A DNA stretch of 64,000 nucleotides from Macrostomum lignano (lineage: Eukaryota): positions 1 through 64,000 of the forward strand of contig NIVC01003765.1 of assembly GCA_002269645.1 (NCBI GenBank), read 5' to 3'. The notes below the pieces were generated by a model. It was not told the DNA's origin. It searched no databases and worked only from the letters and a program-made list of their open reading frames with translations. This document shows positions 14,201-26,200 of the stretch, piece by piece; position 1 is the first letter of the stretch; each line of letters opens with the position of its first letter. Position numbers and translations under genes: made by a program.

Positions 14201-17200
14201 GAGGACCCGGACGGCGGCCCGGTCGGCCTCACCTACGAGCTGGCGGGCCCCGCCGCCGAGCGGCTGTCGCTGGCGCCGTCCACCGGCCTGCTGACCGTCC
14301 GCCGAAGCATCAGCGACCTCGCCGGCAGCGGCATCGACCTGTCCGTCAGGGTGTGCGACTCCGACCTGCTGTGCTCGAACTTCACCCGCCGCCTGCTGGT
14401 GCGGGACACCAACGATCACCGGCCCGCGCTGTCCCAGCCGGCGGGCTACTGGTTCCTGGTCAGCGAGGCCGCCCCCGTCGGCTCGGTGGTCGGCCGCGTG
14501 GCAGCCTCCGACCCGGACCTCGGCGACAACGGGCGCGTCCGATTCCGATTTACAACGCCCAGCGACTACTTTGGCATCGACGCGGTGGACGGCGCTGTCC
14601 GAGTTCTGCAGCCGCTGGACAGGGAGGCCCAACCGGAGCATCTCCTGACTGTCGAGGCGGCCGACGCTGGCACACCCAAGTCTCTCAGCGCTATCGCCCC
14701 TCTCAGCGTGCTCGTCTCCGATGTCAACGACGCCGCGCCGACATTCGGACAGCCGGCCTACCGTCTGCTTGCGGCCGGCCACTCGCCGCTTGGTGCCGCT
14801 CTGGCGACTGTGTCCGCCACAGACGCTGACGCACCCGAATCTGGAGGCGGCGGCAACGGCGACACCCGATTTGCCGTGTCCGGTCCCGCGGCCGCTTTCC
14901 TGACCGTCCATCCGGTGACCGGCGTTGTCTCTGTAGCTGGCCAACTGGCGGACCTGGACAGTGGCGGCGTGTCCGGCCAGCTGACGGCCACCGATGGGGG
15001 CGGCCTGACCGGCTCGTCGTCCATCAGCCTGCAAACTGTGCCGTTCGACAATGTCGATGCCGATAATGACAATGTCGGTGGCGATGACCGTTCGGACGGC
15101 TGGCGCAACAGCAGCGTCAGTTTGGCCGTGAGCGAGTCCGCCAGCGTTGGTCACGTGATCGGCCGGATCTTCACGGAGTCGCAGGCGGCGGCCTACTTCA
15201 CTGTGGTGCGGCCGGCTGACTCGGCGGTGGCGGTGGCCATCGACAACGGCCGGGTGCTGGTGAACCGCCGCCTAGACCGGGAGTCGGCCCCAGTCCACGC
15301 CTACCAGGTGCTGGTGACCGAGGCGGCTCAGCGAGGCCCCGGCCGGCCCCGCTCCTGCTGGGTGGCACTCGAGGTCCGCGTTCTGGACGAGAACGACAAC
15401 TGGCCGGTGTTCGCCGATGCCGCACCCGCGGTGACCGTGCCGGAGTCACTGCCCGCTGGCTCCCCGCTGTACCGCTTCTTTGCCGCCGATCCCGACACTG
15501 GACCCAACGGCACCGTCCGGTTCCGCCTGGCATTCGACCGACTTGCCGACTTTCTCTGGCTGCACCCGGTGTCCGGTCAGCTGTACACCAAGCGCAGCCT
15601 GGTTAGCATGGCAACCGCTAACAACAGCTTCGAGGTGGCCGCGGTGGCCACCGACCTGTGCGCCGGCCCGCCCGATTGTCGCAGGCGGCGTCACGCGGTG
15701 CTTCGCGTCCAACTCGTCCGCGATGTTAACAACTGGGCGCCGCAGTTCCGGCTGGGCGAGGGCGCCTTCTTCCTGCCCAGCGACCCGGCCGGCCGCATCG
15801 TGGGCCACCTGGAGTTGGCCGACCCGGACCCGGGCCCGGCCGGACTGGCTGCTCGGTTCCGCTGGAAGGCGGACGCTTCGGCCGGTCGGGCAGTCAGCAT
15901 CGACTCGCTCGGCCTGGTGCGGCTTGCCGTGCCCGGCTCCGAGGCGGCTGCTGCGGCGGCGGCTGCAGCGGCCGCGGCTGCGTCTTCAACGGTGCAGCAT
16001 CGGCTGCAGCTGCGACTCAACGTCAGCGTCGAGGACGCCGGCGCGGTGCCCCGCTCGGACTGGCGCCTTGTCGGCCTGCCACTGCTGCCCGACGGCTCCG
16101 AGTCCGACTCGGCCGGCTTCTCCCAGCCCGCCTACCTGGCCAGCCTGTCCACTGCCGCGCCGCCCGGCCAGGAAGTCGCCCAACTAGCTGCCAGGAGCCG
16201 CTCCGCCCGAGTGTCCCGCCTGCAGCAGTCGGCCGCGGACCGGTTCGGCCTGCCCTCCGGCCTGTTCGACGACCTGTTCCTGGTTGACTCGGCCACCGGC
16301 CAGGTTCGGTTGTCCCGGACACTGCATCCGGACAGCAGGGATTTCTACTCTGTGACCGCGCTGCTGCGCGAGCCCGACGGCCAGCTGGCGGACACCTGCC
16401 TCATCACCGTGAGCCTGCAGGACGAGAATCTGCACTCGCCGGAGTTCGCCGAGCTCGAGTACTTCACCGAGGTGCCCGAGGGCCAGGCCTTCGCCGACTT
16501 GATCACCGTGACCGCGCACGACCCCGACCGCGGCCCCGCCGGCCGGCTTGTCTACTCCATCGACGGCGATGACGCTCTGAGCCGCTTCATCCTCGACCCG
16601 AGCAGCGGCCGCCTGTCCTGCTCGGCGCTCGACTACCCGAGGCCGCCGCGCGGCCCGGCTAGCCCGCGCTATCATCATCGGATTCGCGTCGTAGCCACGG
16701 ACGGTGGCGGCCGCACCGGGACCGCTCTGGTGCTGGTCCGGGTTCTGCCGGCCAACCGGTTCGCCCCGGTGTTCCGGGAGAGCCGCTACTCGGCCCGCCT
16801 GCCCGAGCTCGCCCCGCCCGGCCACCTGCTGCTCGCCGTGTCCGCCTGGGACCGCGAGGACGGCGACCGGCTCGCCTATCGCGTCGTATCGCAGTCCGGA
16901 GGTGCGGCGGCCGGTCTGTTCAGCGTCCACCCGGCCACTGGGGAGCTGCGGCTGGCCATTCCGGTCGATCGGGAGAAACTGGCCTTCGTGTCCATCACTG
17001 TGGCCGCCACCGACTCCAGCGAGGTGCGCACTGGTTTTCATAGTGACCCCCTATCCACCCATACAATCGCCCCTATCCTCCCATAGAATCTCTTCCTATC
17101 CGCCCAAAGAATCGCCCTTTCCGCCCATAGAACCACCCCCTATCCGCCCATAGAATCTCTTCCTATCCGCCCAAAGAATCGCCCTTTCCGCCCATAGAAC

Positions 17201-20200
17201 CACCCCCTATCCGCCCATAGAATCTCTTCCTATCCGCCCAAAGAATCGCCCTTTCCGCCCATAGAACCACCCCCTATCCGCCCATAGAACCGCCCCCTAT
17301 CCTACCATAGAATCTCTTCCTATCCGCCCAAAGAATCGCCCCTTTCCGCCCATAGAACCACCCCCTATCCGCCCATAAAATCGCCCCTTTCCGCCTATAG
17401 AATTGCCCATAGAATAGCCCCCTTCCAATGATCGCATTGCCTAGTATTTATCCGGAGTCTTTGTCCCCGCATACTGCGCGCAGGTAAACCCGATGTCCGC
17501 CCTGGTGAGCGTTGACGTCGAGATTGTGGACCAGAACGACCACCGGCCCGAGTTCGCGTCGGCCTTCTACTCGGCGCGGCCGGCCGGCCCCGGCCCCCTG
17601 CTGACCCTGCGCGCCACTGACCGGGACTCGAGCGCCGCGAACAGCCGCCTGACCTACAGCCTGGCCGAGCCGGACAGCGCCAGCCACGCCGTCACTGTGG
17701 ATCCGGATAGCGGCCTGGTCAGTCTCGGACAGTCGGCCTTGCCAAACTCCCGACTGATTCGAGTGCGCGCGTCCGACTCCGGCCTTCCGGCTGCCCTGAC
17801 GGCCGAGACCGCCATTCTGCTGCTGCCGGCGACATCCAAGCCGGCGCTGCTGTTCGACCGAAACTTTACCGGCAGCATCGCCGAGAACTCCGCAGCGGGC
17901 ACCTGCCTGACTGCGGCCGGCACTGCTCAGTGCCTGATGGTGACAGCTCGGGTTGAAGGTGGCGACGCTGAGGATGTTCTCTACGACATCGTTGGTGGCA
18001 ACGAGGACGGCCTGTTCTGCATCAACTCGGAGTCTGGTGAGGCTTCTTGCTGACACATTAGTGTTACAGAGTGTTGAAACAGTAGTGTTACAGGGTGCTG
18101 ACAGTAATATTACAGGGTGCTGACACAGTTGTGTTACAGGGTGCTGACACAGTAGTGTTACAGGGTGCTGACACAGTAGTGTTACAGGGTGCTGACACAG
18201 TAGTGTTACAGGGTGCTGATACAGTAGTGTTACAGGGTGCTGACACAGTAGTGTTACAGGGTGCTGACACAGTAGTGTTACAGGGTGCTGACACAGTAGT
18301 GTTACAGGGTGCTGACACAGTAGTGTTACAGGGCGCTGACACAGTAGTGTTACAGGGCGCTGACACAGTAGTGTTACAGGGTGCTGACACGGTAGTATTG
18401 CAGGGCGCTGACACAGTAGTGTTACAGGGTGCTGATACAGTAATATTACAGGGTGCTGACGCAGTAGTGTTACAGGGTGCTGACACAGCAGTTTAAAGCT
18501 CGTACTTTTACTTCATTTCAATTGTATTTGGCAAATTTTCAATTTGCTTTCCAAGTTTCGCCCGTCTATATTTCAGAGTGCAATTTATTTACTATAAAGG
18601 CCCCTGAGTGAGTCGCTTCTTTCTGCCTGAGCACACTGCAGCCCCCGCCCATATCCTGCCCAAGTTTCCCAGCGCTCTGTTCCCCGCTCCTGCAGCTTAT
18701 TGAAAAAGGGCTGCATTATCCCGCCCCGATTCCGCAGCCCAGTGGTTTCCCACGCCTCATAAGCTCTCCCGGGCTTCTCAAGTTTCCCCTCCCCCGTCTC
18801 TGTCTGTTGCTCAGACAAAGACTATTAAAAAAAAGCTCCTAGTCTGAGCCAAGGACGCCTTAGGCTAGAAATCTGGATTGGAAGTAATTAATCGCCGGTT
18901 AAGAATTTTTATCTAGCTAGTTAATATTTTAGGGTCTGCTTCTTCACTGAGTTGAACTGGATAGTGGATAGTCTTGTATAAGGTTTGTGCCTGTCTGTAT
19001 TTCTCTGTTTGTGTTTGTGTTTATCCAAAGTGGGGTGGTGGGGAGTCGGATGAGCCGGGCTCGCACTGCTGTGTGTGTGGGCCTGTTCATTAATTTGTCA
19101 TGTATCCAGCTGAGAGACGGACTCAAAATACTCAAAACAACAGTTGCAACCTTGGGGCTGATCTGAGAAAATGCCTGCGAAGTTTCGTAGTCACGCAATG
19201 TAGTGAGTGAACTCAGAGATCTAACTGCCTACTCAGCTATGCTAGGCATATGGCTGCAACCCGAAAGTTGAGAACTACTGCTCACTATTTCTCAGGTGGT
19301 TGGTAGAGATTGTGGCCAGAGTGAGTCAGGCAGTTTCAGCTTGGAAAGAGAGGAGCTGAGAAGCCTGAGCGGATGCTGGGTGGACAAAAATGGAGGAACT
19401 TGAAACCACTTCAAACAGGAACTTGGGGCGGTGGGTTGGGGTAGGGCTTGACTGACTGAATGACTCCATGCTGGTGGGACATTGGCAAGGGTCATTCTGT
19501 GGCTCCCTTTGGCTGTAGGACTTGATGTTAGATTAAGAATAGAAAATAGAAATGAAAAAATAATTTCATTCTATTTAAATTAAGTTTAACCAAGGTGCCC
19601 AGCGGTAGCGCAGCTGCTCTGGTGTGCCAGCGAAATTCCAAGCAGTCACAGGGTCTGAGGGTCTCGGCTTGGCTCTGCTCGCAAGGCCTTGGCCAACCCC
19701 CCGCTCAGTGGTGTACATGCCTAAGATTCTTCCGCTCACACTCTGTGTGAGTGTGTGCCTGCGTACGTATCCGCGCGCTTGTATGCCTGCTCAGGGGAGT
19801 CGGCCCTGAGCATCAGCTCATGAGGGTCAGCCCCCAAGGCCAGGGGTTCGGCAAACTCCGGCCCGCAAAGCCTCTCTATCCGGCCCTCGGGTCCTTTGAA
19901 ACTTTACAATAGCAATCCGGCCCGCTCAAGGTTGGTGTCTCTTCTAAGTGCTCTCCTCTCATCTCATCTCATCTTATCTCTCCTCTCCTCTCATCTCCTC
20001 TCTTCTCTCTCCTCTCATCTCCTCCTCTCATCTCCTCTCTCCTCTCATCTCCTCTCTCCTCTCGTCTCCTCTCTCCTCTCATCTCCTATCTCCTCTAATC
20101 GCATCTCATCTCCTCTCTCCTCTAATCGCATGTCATCTCCTCTTTCCTTTCATCTCCTCTCCTCTCCTACCATATAATCTCCTCTCTCATCTCATCTCAT

Positions 20201-23200
20201 CTCATCTCTCTCATCTCTCATCTCTCCTCACTTCTCTCTCTTATATTTTATCTCATCTCTTCTCTCATGTCGCCTCTTATCTCTCCAACTATTTTGTCAT
20301 CTCTCATCTCCCCTTTCTTCTCTCTCCCCCATTCCATCTCCTTTCCACTCTCATTTGGCCCGCAGCAATCATCAAGACTTTATCTGGCCCTTAAGGTAAA
20401 AAGTTTGCGACAACTGCTGTAGTCGGTGGGTGACTAATGAATCATGATCCACAGATGGGCACAGCCAACATCATTAGTACCGTGTAAATAGCTAACTAAT
20501 GATGCTCGGAGCAACCGAGCGAGCCACCTGCCAAGGTGAACAGGATGAAATTGCAGCCGGCGTGCATTCAGAATCATCCCACAAATTTCTGTGATCCGCG
20601 AGGCAGTGCAAATGCAGATGACCATGCACAATTAGCCTATGAAGCCGCTTGGCTTAGCAGCCAGGATAATAAGATGCGGTTTTACAATGCCGATATTCGG
20701 CCTGCCTGTCGGTAAGAGGCGTCCGACTTTCGCGCCACGACCCCTGGTGCGCAGGCCACATTCATTTGGGGCTTGTGTTCACGAAAATTGGCCAGCTATG
20801 AGGGCCAGCCCCAAGGCGCAGGGAGTGAACATGCCTGACGATAAAAAAGCCGTCCTCAGGCTTTTTAATCGCTCATGCAGGGTGTACATCGGCCCTCTAA
20901 TTGTTAGGTATGTGAATCGCACAACACCCCCACTCCGCTCCATCACTAATAACAGTTCTTGAGTATATCCTGTGGCTCTACTGATTGCCTCCTCCCAGGT
21001 CGCATCTCGGTAGCGGCCGGTTCAGCTCGTCCTGATTTCGAGACCCGCCAGCGGCACCTGCTGGTGGTCGCCGCTCGCCTGGCCAGCCGCCAGGAGGCCG
21101 CCCTGGCCACGGTCCAAGTTCGAGTCCTGAACGTGGACGACTGTGCGCCAGTGTTCGCCCAGCGCGAGCTGTCCGCGGTGCTGGAGGAGAAGACTCCGGT
21201 TGGCGCCCCGGTGGCGCGGGCCTCGGCTGCCGACTGCGACAGCCCAGTCAAGTACCGCCTGGCCGGCCCCGCCTCCGACACCTTCGCCGTTGACGAGGAC
21301 TCCGGCCAGGTGCTGGTGAAATCGCCGCCTGACTACAGCCACCGCAGCCGGCACGATGTCACCGTGCTGGCCGTGTCAGTGCACAACCCGCTGCAGACCG
21401 ACCGCTGCTTCCTGACTGTCCGCATCGTCAACAAGAACAACCAGAAGCCGCTGCTGCAGCCGCCGCCTCCGGTGCACCTCGCGACCGCTGTTGCCCAGCC
21501 CGGCAGTCTCTTGGCCCAGCTGCGAGCCACCGACCTCGACGGCTATCCGCCGATCTCCTACAGTGTGCACGCGTTGCCATGGCAACAGCAACACCGGCTG
21601 CCGGTTGCTATCGGCCTGTTCACTGGCCAGCTCTGGCTGACCGACCGGCCCGCGCCCGGCTTCTACCTGCTGCAGGTCACCGCCAGCGACTCGTTGCACT
21701 CAGTGTCGCAGAATCTCTCCGTCATCGTTGAGCCGCCAGCTGGTTGGCTGAGATTCTCCCGGCCGCTGTTCGCCTTCTCCGTGCCCGCCTCCGGCGAGGC
21801 CGCCGCGTCCTCCAAGCCCATCGGCCGGCTGGAGTTTGACGGTGGCGCTGGTGGCGGCGGCAGCGGCCTGCGGATTGTCGGCACCGACCGGGACGCCGAT
21901 GAGGCGCGACGGTTGTTCCGGTTGGATGAGCACGGCGGAGTCTATCTTAGGTGTGTGGGGTGTGGGACGGCGGAGTCTGACTCAGGTGTGTGGGGTGTGG
22001 GATTTGTGGTGTGGGACGGCGGAGTTTATCTCAGGTGTGTGGGGTGTGGGACGGCGGAGTCTGATTCAGGTGTGTGGGGTGTGGGATTTGTGGTGTGGGA
22101 CGGCGGAGTTTATCTCAGGTGTGTGGGGTGTGGGACGGCGGAGTCTGACTCAGGTGTGTGGGGTGTGGGATTTGTGGTGTGGGACGGCGGAGTTTATCTC
22201 AGGTGTGTGGGGTGTGGGACGGCGGAGTCTGATTCAGGTGTGTGGGGTGTGGGATTTGTGGTGTGGGACGGCGGAGTTTATCTCAGGTGTGTGGGGTGTG
22301 GGACGGCGGAGTCTGATTCAGGTGTGTGGGGTGTGGGATTTGTGGTGTGGGACGGCGGAGTTTATCTCAGGTGTGTGGGGTGTGGGACGGCGGAGTCTGA
22401 TTCAGGTGTGTGGGGTGTGGGATTTGTGGTGTGGGACGGCGGAGTTTATCTCAGGTGTGTGGGGTGTGGGACGGCGGAGTCTGACTCAGGTGTGTGGGGT
22501 GTGGGATTTGTGGTGTGGGACGGCGGAGTTTATCTCAGGTGTGTGGGGTGTGGGACGGCGGAGTCTGACTCAGGTGTGTGGGGTGTGGGATTTGTGGTGT
22601 GGGACGGCGGAGTTTATCTCAGGTGTGTGGGGTGTGGGACGGCGGAGTCTGATTCAGGTGTGTGGGGTGTGGGATTTGGAGTGTGGGACGGCGGAGTTTA
22701 TCTCAGGTGTGTGGGGTGTGGGACGGCGGAGTCTATCTCAGGTGTGTGGGGTGTGGGATATCTGAATCAATGCCGGGTTTGTGGCTCTAAGCGGTCCCAC
22801 CATCCCCGCCGGTCATCTGCAGGCAGCCGATCAGCCGGCGCGGCGACCACGTGTTCGCAGTCCGGGCCGGGCCCGACACCGCCGACTCCGCGGCCAGCGA
22901 CTTCGCCACTGTGCGCGTGACCGCCGTGTCGATAAACCGGCGGCCGCCGACTCTGCGGCTGCTGCCGGCCGGCGAGCAACTCGACAGCTCCTCGTCACCA
23001 TGGCAACTGGCCGTGCCGGAGGACGCCAAGCCGGGCAGCCGAGTTGGCCGGCTGGTCTGCTCGGACCCGGAATCCGGCCCGCTGGTTTCTATCAGCCTGG
23101 TTGCCATGGCAACGCCTGCGGATTCCGGCTCACCTCCCCTGGCCGTGGTGGCGCATACTGGGCAGCTGGTGCTGAACCGGCCGCTGGACCGGGAGCTGGC

Positions 23201-26200
23201 GGCCTCCTGGCGGCTGACGGCGGTCTGCGAGGACAACGGCCAGCCACGGCTGACTGCCTCGGCAGAGCTGACGGTGAGGAACGGCGGCACTCTGAAAGGG
23301 GGGGTTGATGAAACTCTGAGCAAATGCAGCCTGCGGATGGAGTTTCACAGCTTCACTCCGGAGTGTCGGTTACCGGGTATTGGTTTGTGGGTAGCGGGTT
23401 CCAATCCAGTAGCAAGTCTTTGGGTACTGCGTTTTTGGTATTAGGTATTTGTCTTAGGGTATCGGGCACCTGTCTTTTCAGGTATCTGTCTTTAGGCATC
23501 AGGTACTTGTCTTTGAATATCGGTTGTCTGTCTTTGGGTATTGGTTGTCTGTCTTTGGGTATTGGTTGTCTGTCTTTGGGTATTGGTTGTCTGTCTTTGC
23601 GTATCGTCTGTCTGTCTTTGAGTATCGGTCACCTGTCGTTGGGTTTCGGGCACCTGTCTTTGGGTATCGAGCGCATGTCTTTGGATATAGGGTATCTGTC
23701 TTTGGGTATCGGGCACCTGTCTTTGGGTATCGAGCGCATGTCTTTGGGTATAGGGTATCTGTCTTTGGGTATCGGGCACCTGTCTTTAGGTATATGGTAT
23801 CTGTCTTTGGGTATCGGGCACCTGTCTTTGGGTATATGGTGTCTGTCTTTGCGTATCGTCTGTCTGTCTTTGAGTATCGGTCACCTGTCGTTGGGTTTCG
23901 GGCACCTGTCTTTGGGTATCGAGCGCATGTCTTTGGGTATAGGGTATCTGTCTTTGGGTATCGGGCACCTGTCTTTGGGTATCGAGCACCTGTCTTTGGG
24001 TATCGGCTGTCTGGCTTTGGGTATCGGTTAGTTATTTTGGGCACCGATTACCAGTAGATCAACGGCTTGACAAAGTAACAAGCTTTTATGTCGCATTTTT
24101 ACGGATCGATTTCCCTGCCCTAAGTGCACGCAACCTGCATAAAAATGATTGGTCCTGTGTCTTATCTCCCAAATGCTATCCTTTTACATTTCCCATTTAG
24201 CAAGGATTAAATCTGCATTCATTTCTCGTAACTTTGACTTTGACTTTTAACCGCGAGGCGTGTTTCATGGGAGGCGGCCATTAAAAGGCGGAGCGGACCA
24301 GCCCTTGCATTTTTAGCTTTGCGCGCCTGAATGCCAAAGACGGGGGTTGGGGTAATATTTCACTCAGTCTGTGCCGTGCAACACGCAGGACTTCTAGACC
24401 TTCCCTGGACTGGGAGCAGGGCCACAGTTTCAAATATAAAGTGGTTAATGTTTTCTATGATGTGAAGTTTCGAAGTTCCGAAGGTTCCTTTTTGTGAAGA
24501 TTCTAGTTTGTGAAGATTCCAGCTTGTGAAGATTGCAGTGCATTCACAGTTTGAGAAGATTCCAGTTTGTGAAGATTCCAGTTTGTGAAGGGTCCAGTTT
24601 GTGAATATTCCAGTTTGTGAAGATTCCAGTTTGTAAAGATTCCAGTTTGTGAAGGCTCTAGTTTGTGAAGATTCCAGTTTATGAATATTCTAGTTTGTGA
24701 AGATTCCAGTTTGTGAAGATTCCAGTTTGTGAAGATTACAGTTTGTGAAGATTCCAGTTTGTGAAGATTCCAGTTTGTGAAGATTCCAGTTTGTGAAGAT
24801 TCCAGTTTGTGAAGGATCCAGTTTGTGAAGATTCCAGTTTGTGAAGCTCACTTCCAGTCCAGGTTTCGTGGAGTTTCGCAGTCCCTGCGCCATGGCACAG
24901 GGTTAGTTTATAGATAAGCTAAGCTTGAGGGTTCAAAAGAAGCAGTGCACAGTGTCCGGTTTCGGGGCCGCTCCTCTCTTGCCGATGCAGCGCCGAGCCT
25001 AAATGCGCAAGAACTGACAGGAAAATTATGGTATCGAAATAGCGGGGCCCGGAGCACCGGCTGCAGTTCTGCATTGGCGTGAATTTCTTCTCTAACCTCA
25101 CTTTCGACTGACTCAGCTCAAGCCTGCAGTGTACAGCTGGTGTGCTCGATCCCAGGCCTAATCCCGTGCTTTCTGCGCAGTCTTATCCCCTTCCTGCGTG
25201 TTTAGAGATCCCGTATTCCCATGCCTTAGCGCTGGTCCCGTGTCAGCTGTCACTCCAAAATCTGGGTCTGTCTGTGTTGAATTTGCGGCAGAAACACGGC
25301 TAAGGAAAAGTGCACCATGGACGCCTAGATTCCATGCATCTGGAGTCTGGCATGCAAACTTGTCACCGAGTTAGCCGGGTTCGGTTCCGCACAGAGTGCC
25401 AGTTCGCATCTGTTCAAATGTTTGACAAAATGAAACAGCAGCGTCTCCACCCAACTCTATACACTGTTGAGCCTCTCTGTACCGAAGAAGTTGCAAGAGT
25501 CTGCAGAGAAATGAGGGAGAGGAGATAAAGAAGAGAGAGTGGGAGAGAAGAGAGGGAGAGGAGAGAGGGAGAGGAGAGAGGGAGAGGAGAGAGAGGTGGG
25601 AGGGGAGAGGAGAGGAGAGGAGAGAGAGGTGGGAGAGAAGAGAGAGAGAGGAGAGAGAGGAGGGGGAACTCCATGTTTGCAAGTACAATGTTCGACAATT
25701 GATAGTCTTGAAATCTTAAGAATCCCAATAAGGATTAAAACGCTATTGATATTAATATTTGATGCATCATGTAACACAAACCCAGGTCTAAGGAGCTGGC
25801 ATTCCAGACCCCAGGCCGAGAGCTCCGTGGCTCGGTCGCCTCTTTCCCCTGAATCGGACGCCTCTTTCCTAGGCCAGGAATTCTTCCCTTATCCATTGTG
25901 TGCCCTGTCTAGATTTGCTGTTAGAAACTGTGTCTCCGGTAACGTCTGTGAAAGCATTTCCGAAAATGTAAAGCAAAGAAATGCAACTCGACTTCTGCCG
26001 GCGCTGTCTGCTTTTCGAAGAGAAAAGTCTGTCAGTTTTGTTTTAATTGGTAGCAGAAATCTCCATTTTTGCGGCGGTCCGGCCGATTTCGGGCTCTGGT
26101 CATTCGCGGCTCTGAAACTCGCTGCGGAAACATTGCGTCTGGCGCAATTGGCCCGCTGCTAGCTTGCTGTGATCTGCGTGTTCACCTTTATGTTGGGTTT

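Noticed and set aside
13715-17153. Long minus-strand and alternate-frame ORFs overlapping cadherin exons (e.g. 13715-15154, 16184-17041)
   Set aside because: These are antisense or frame shadows of GC-rich coding sequence with no independent motifs.
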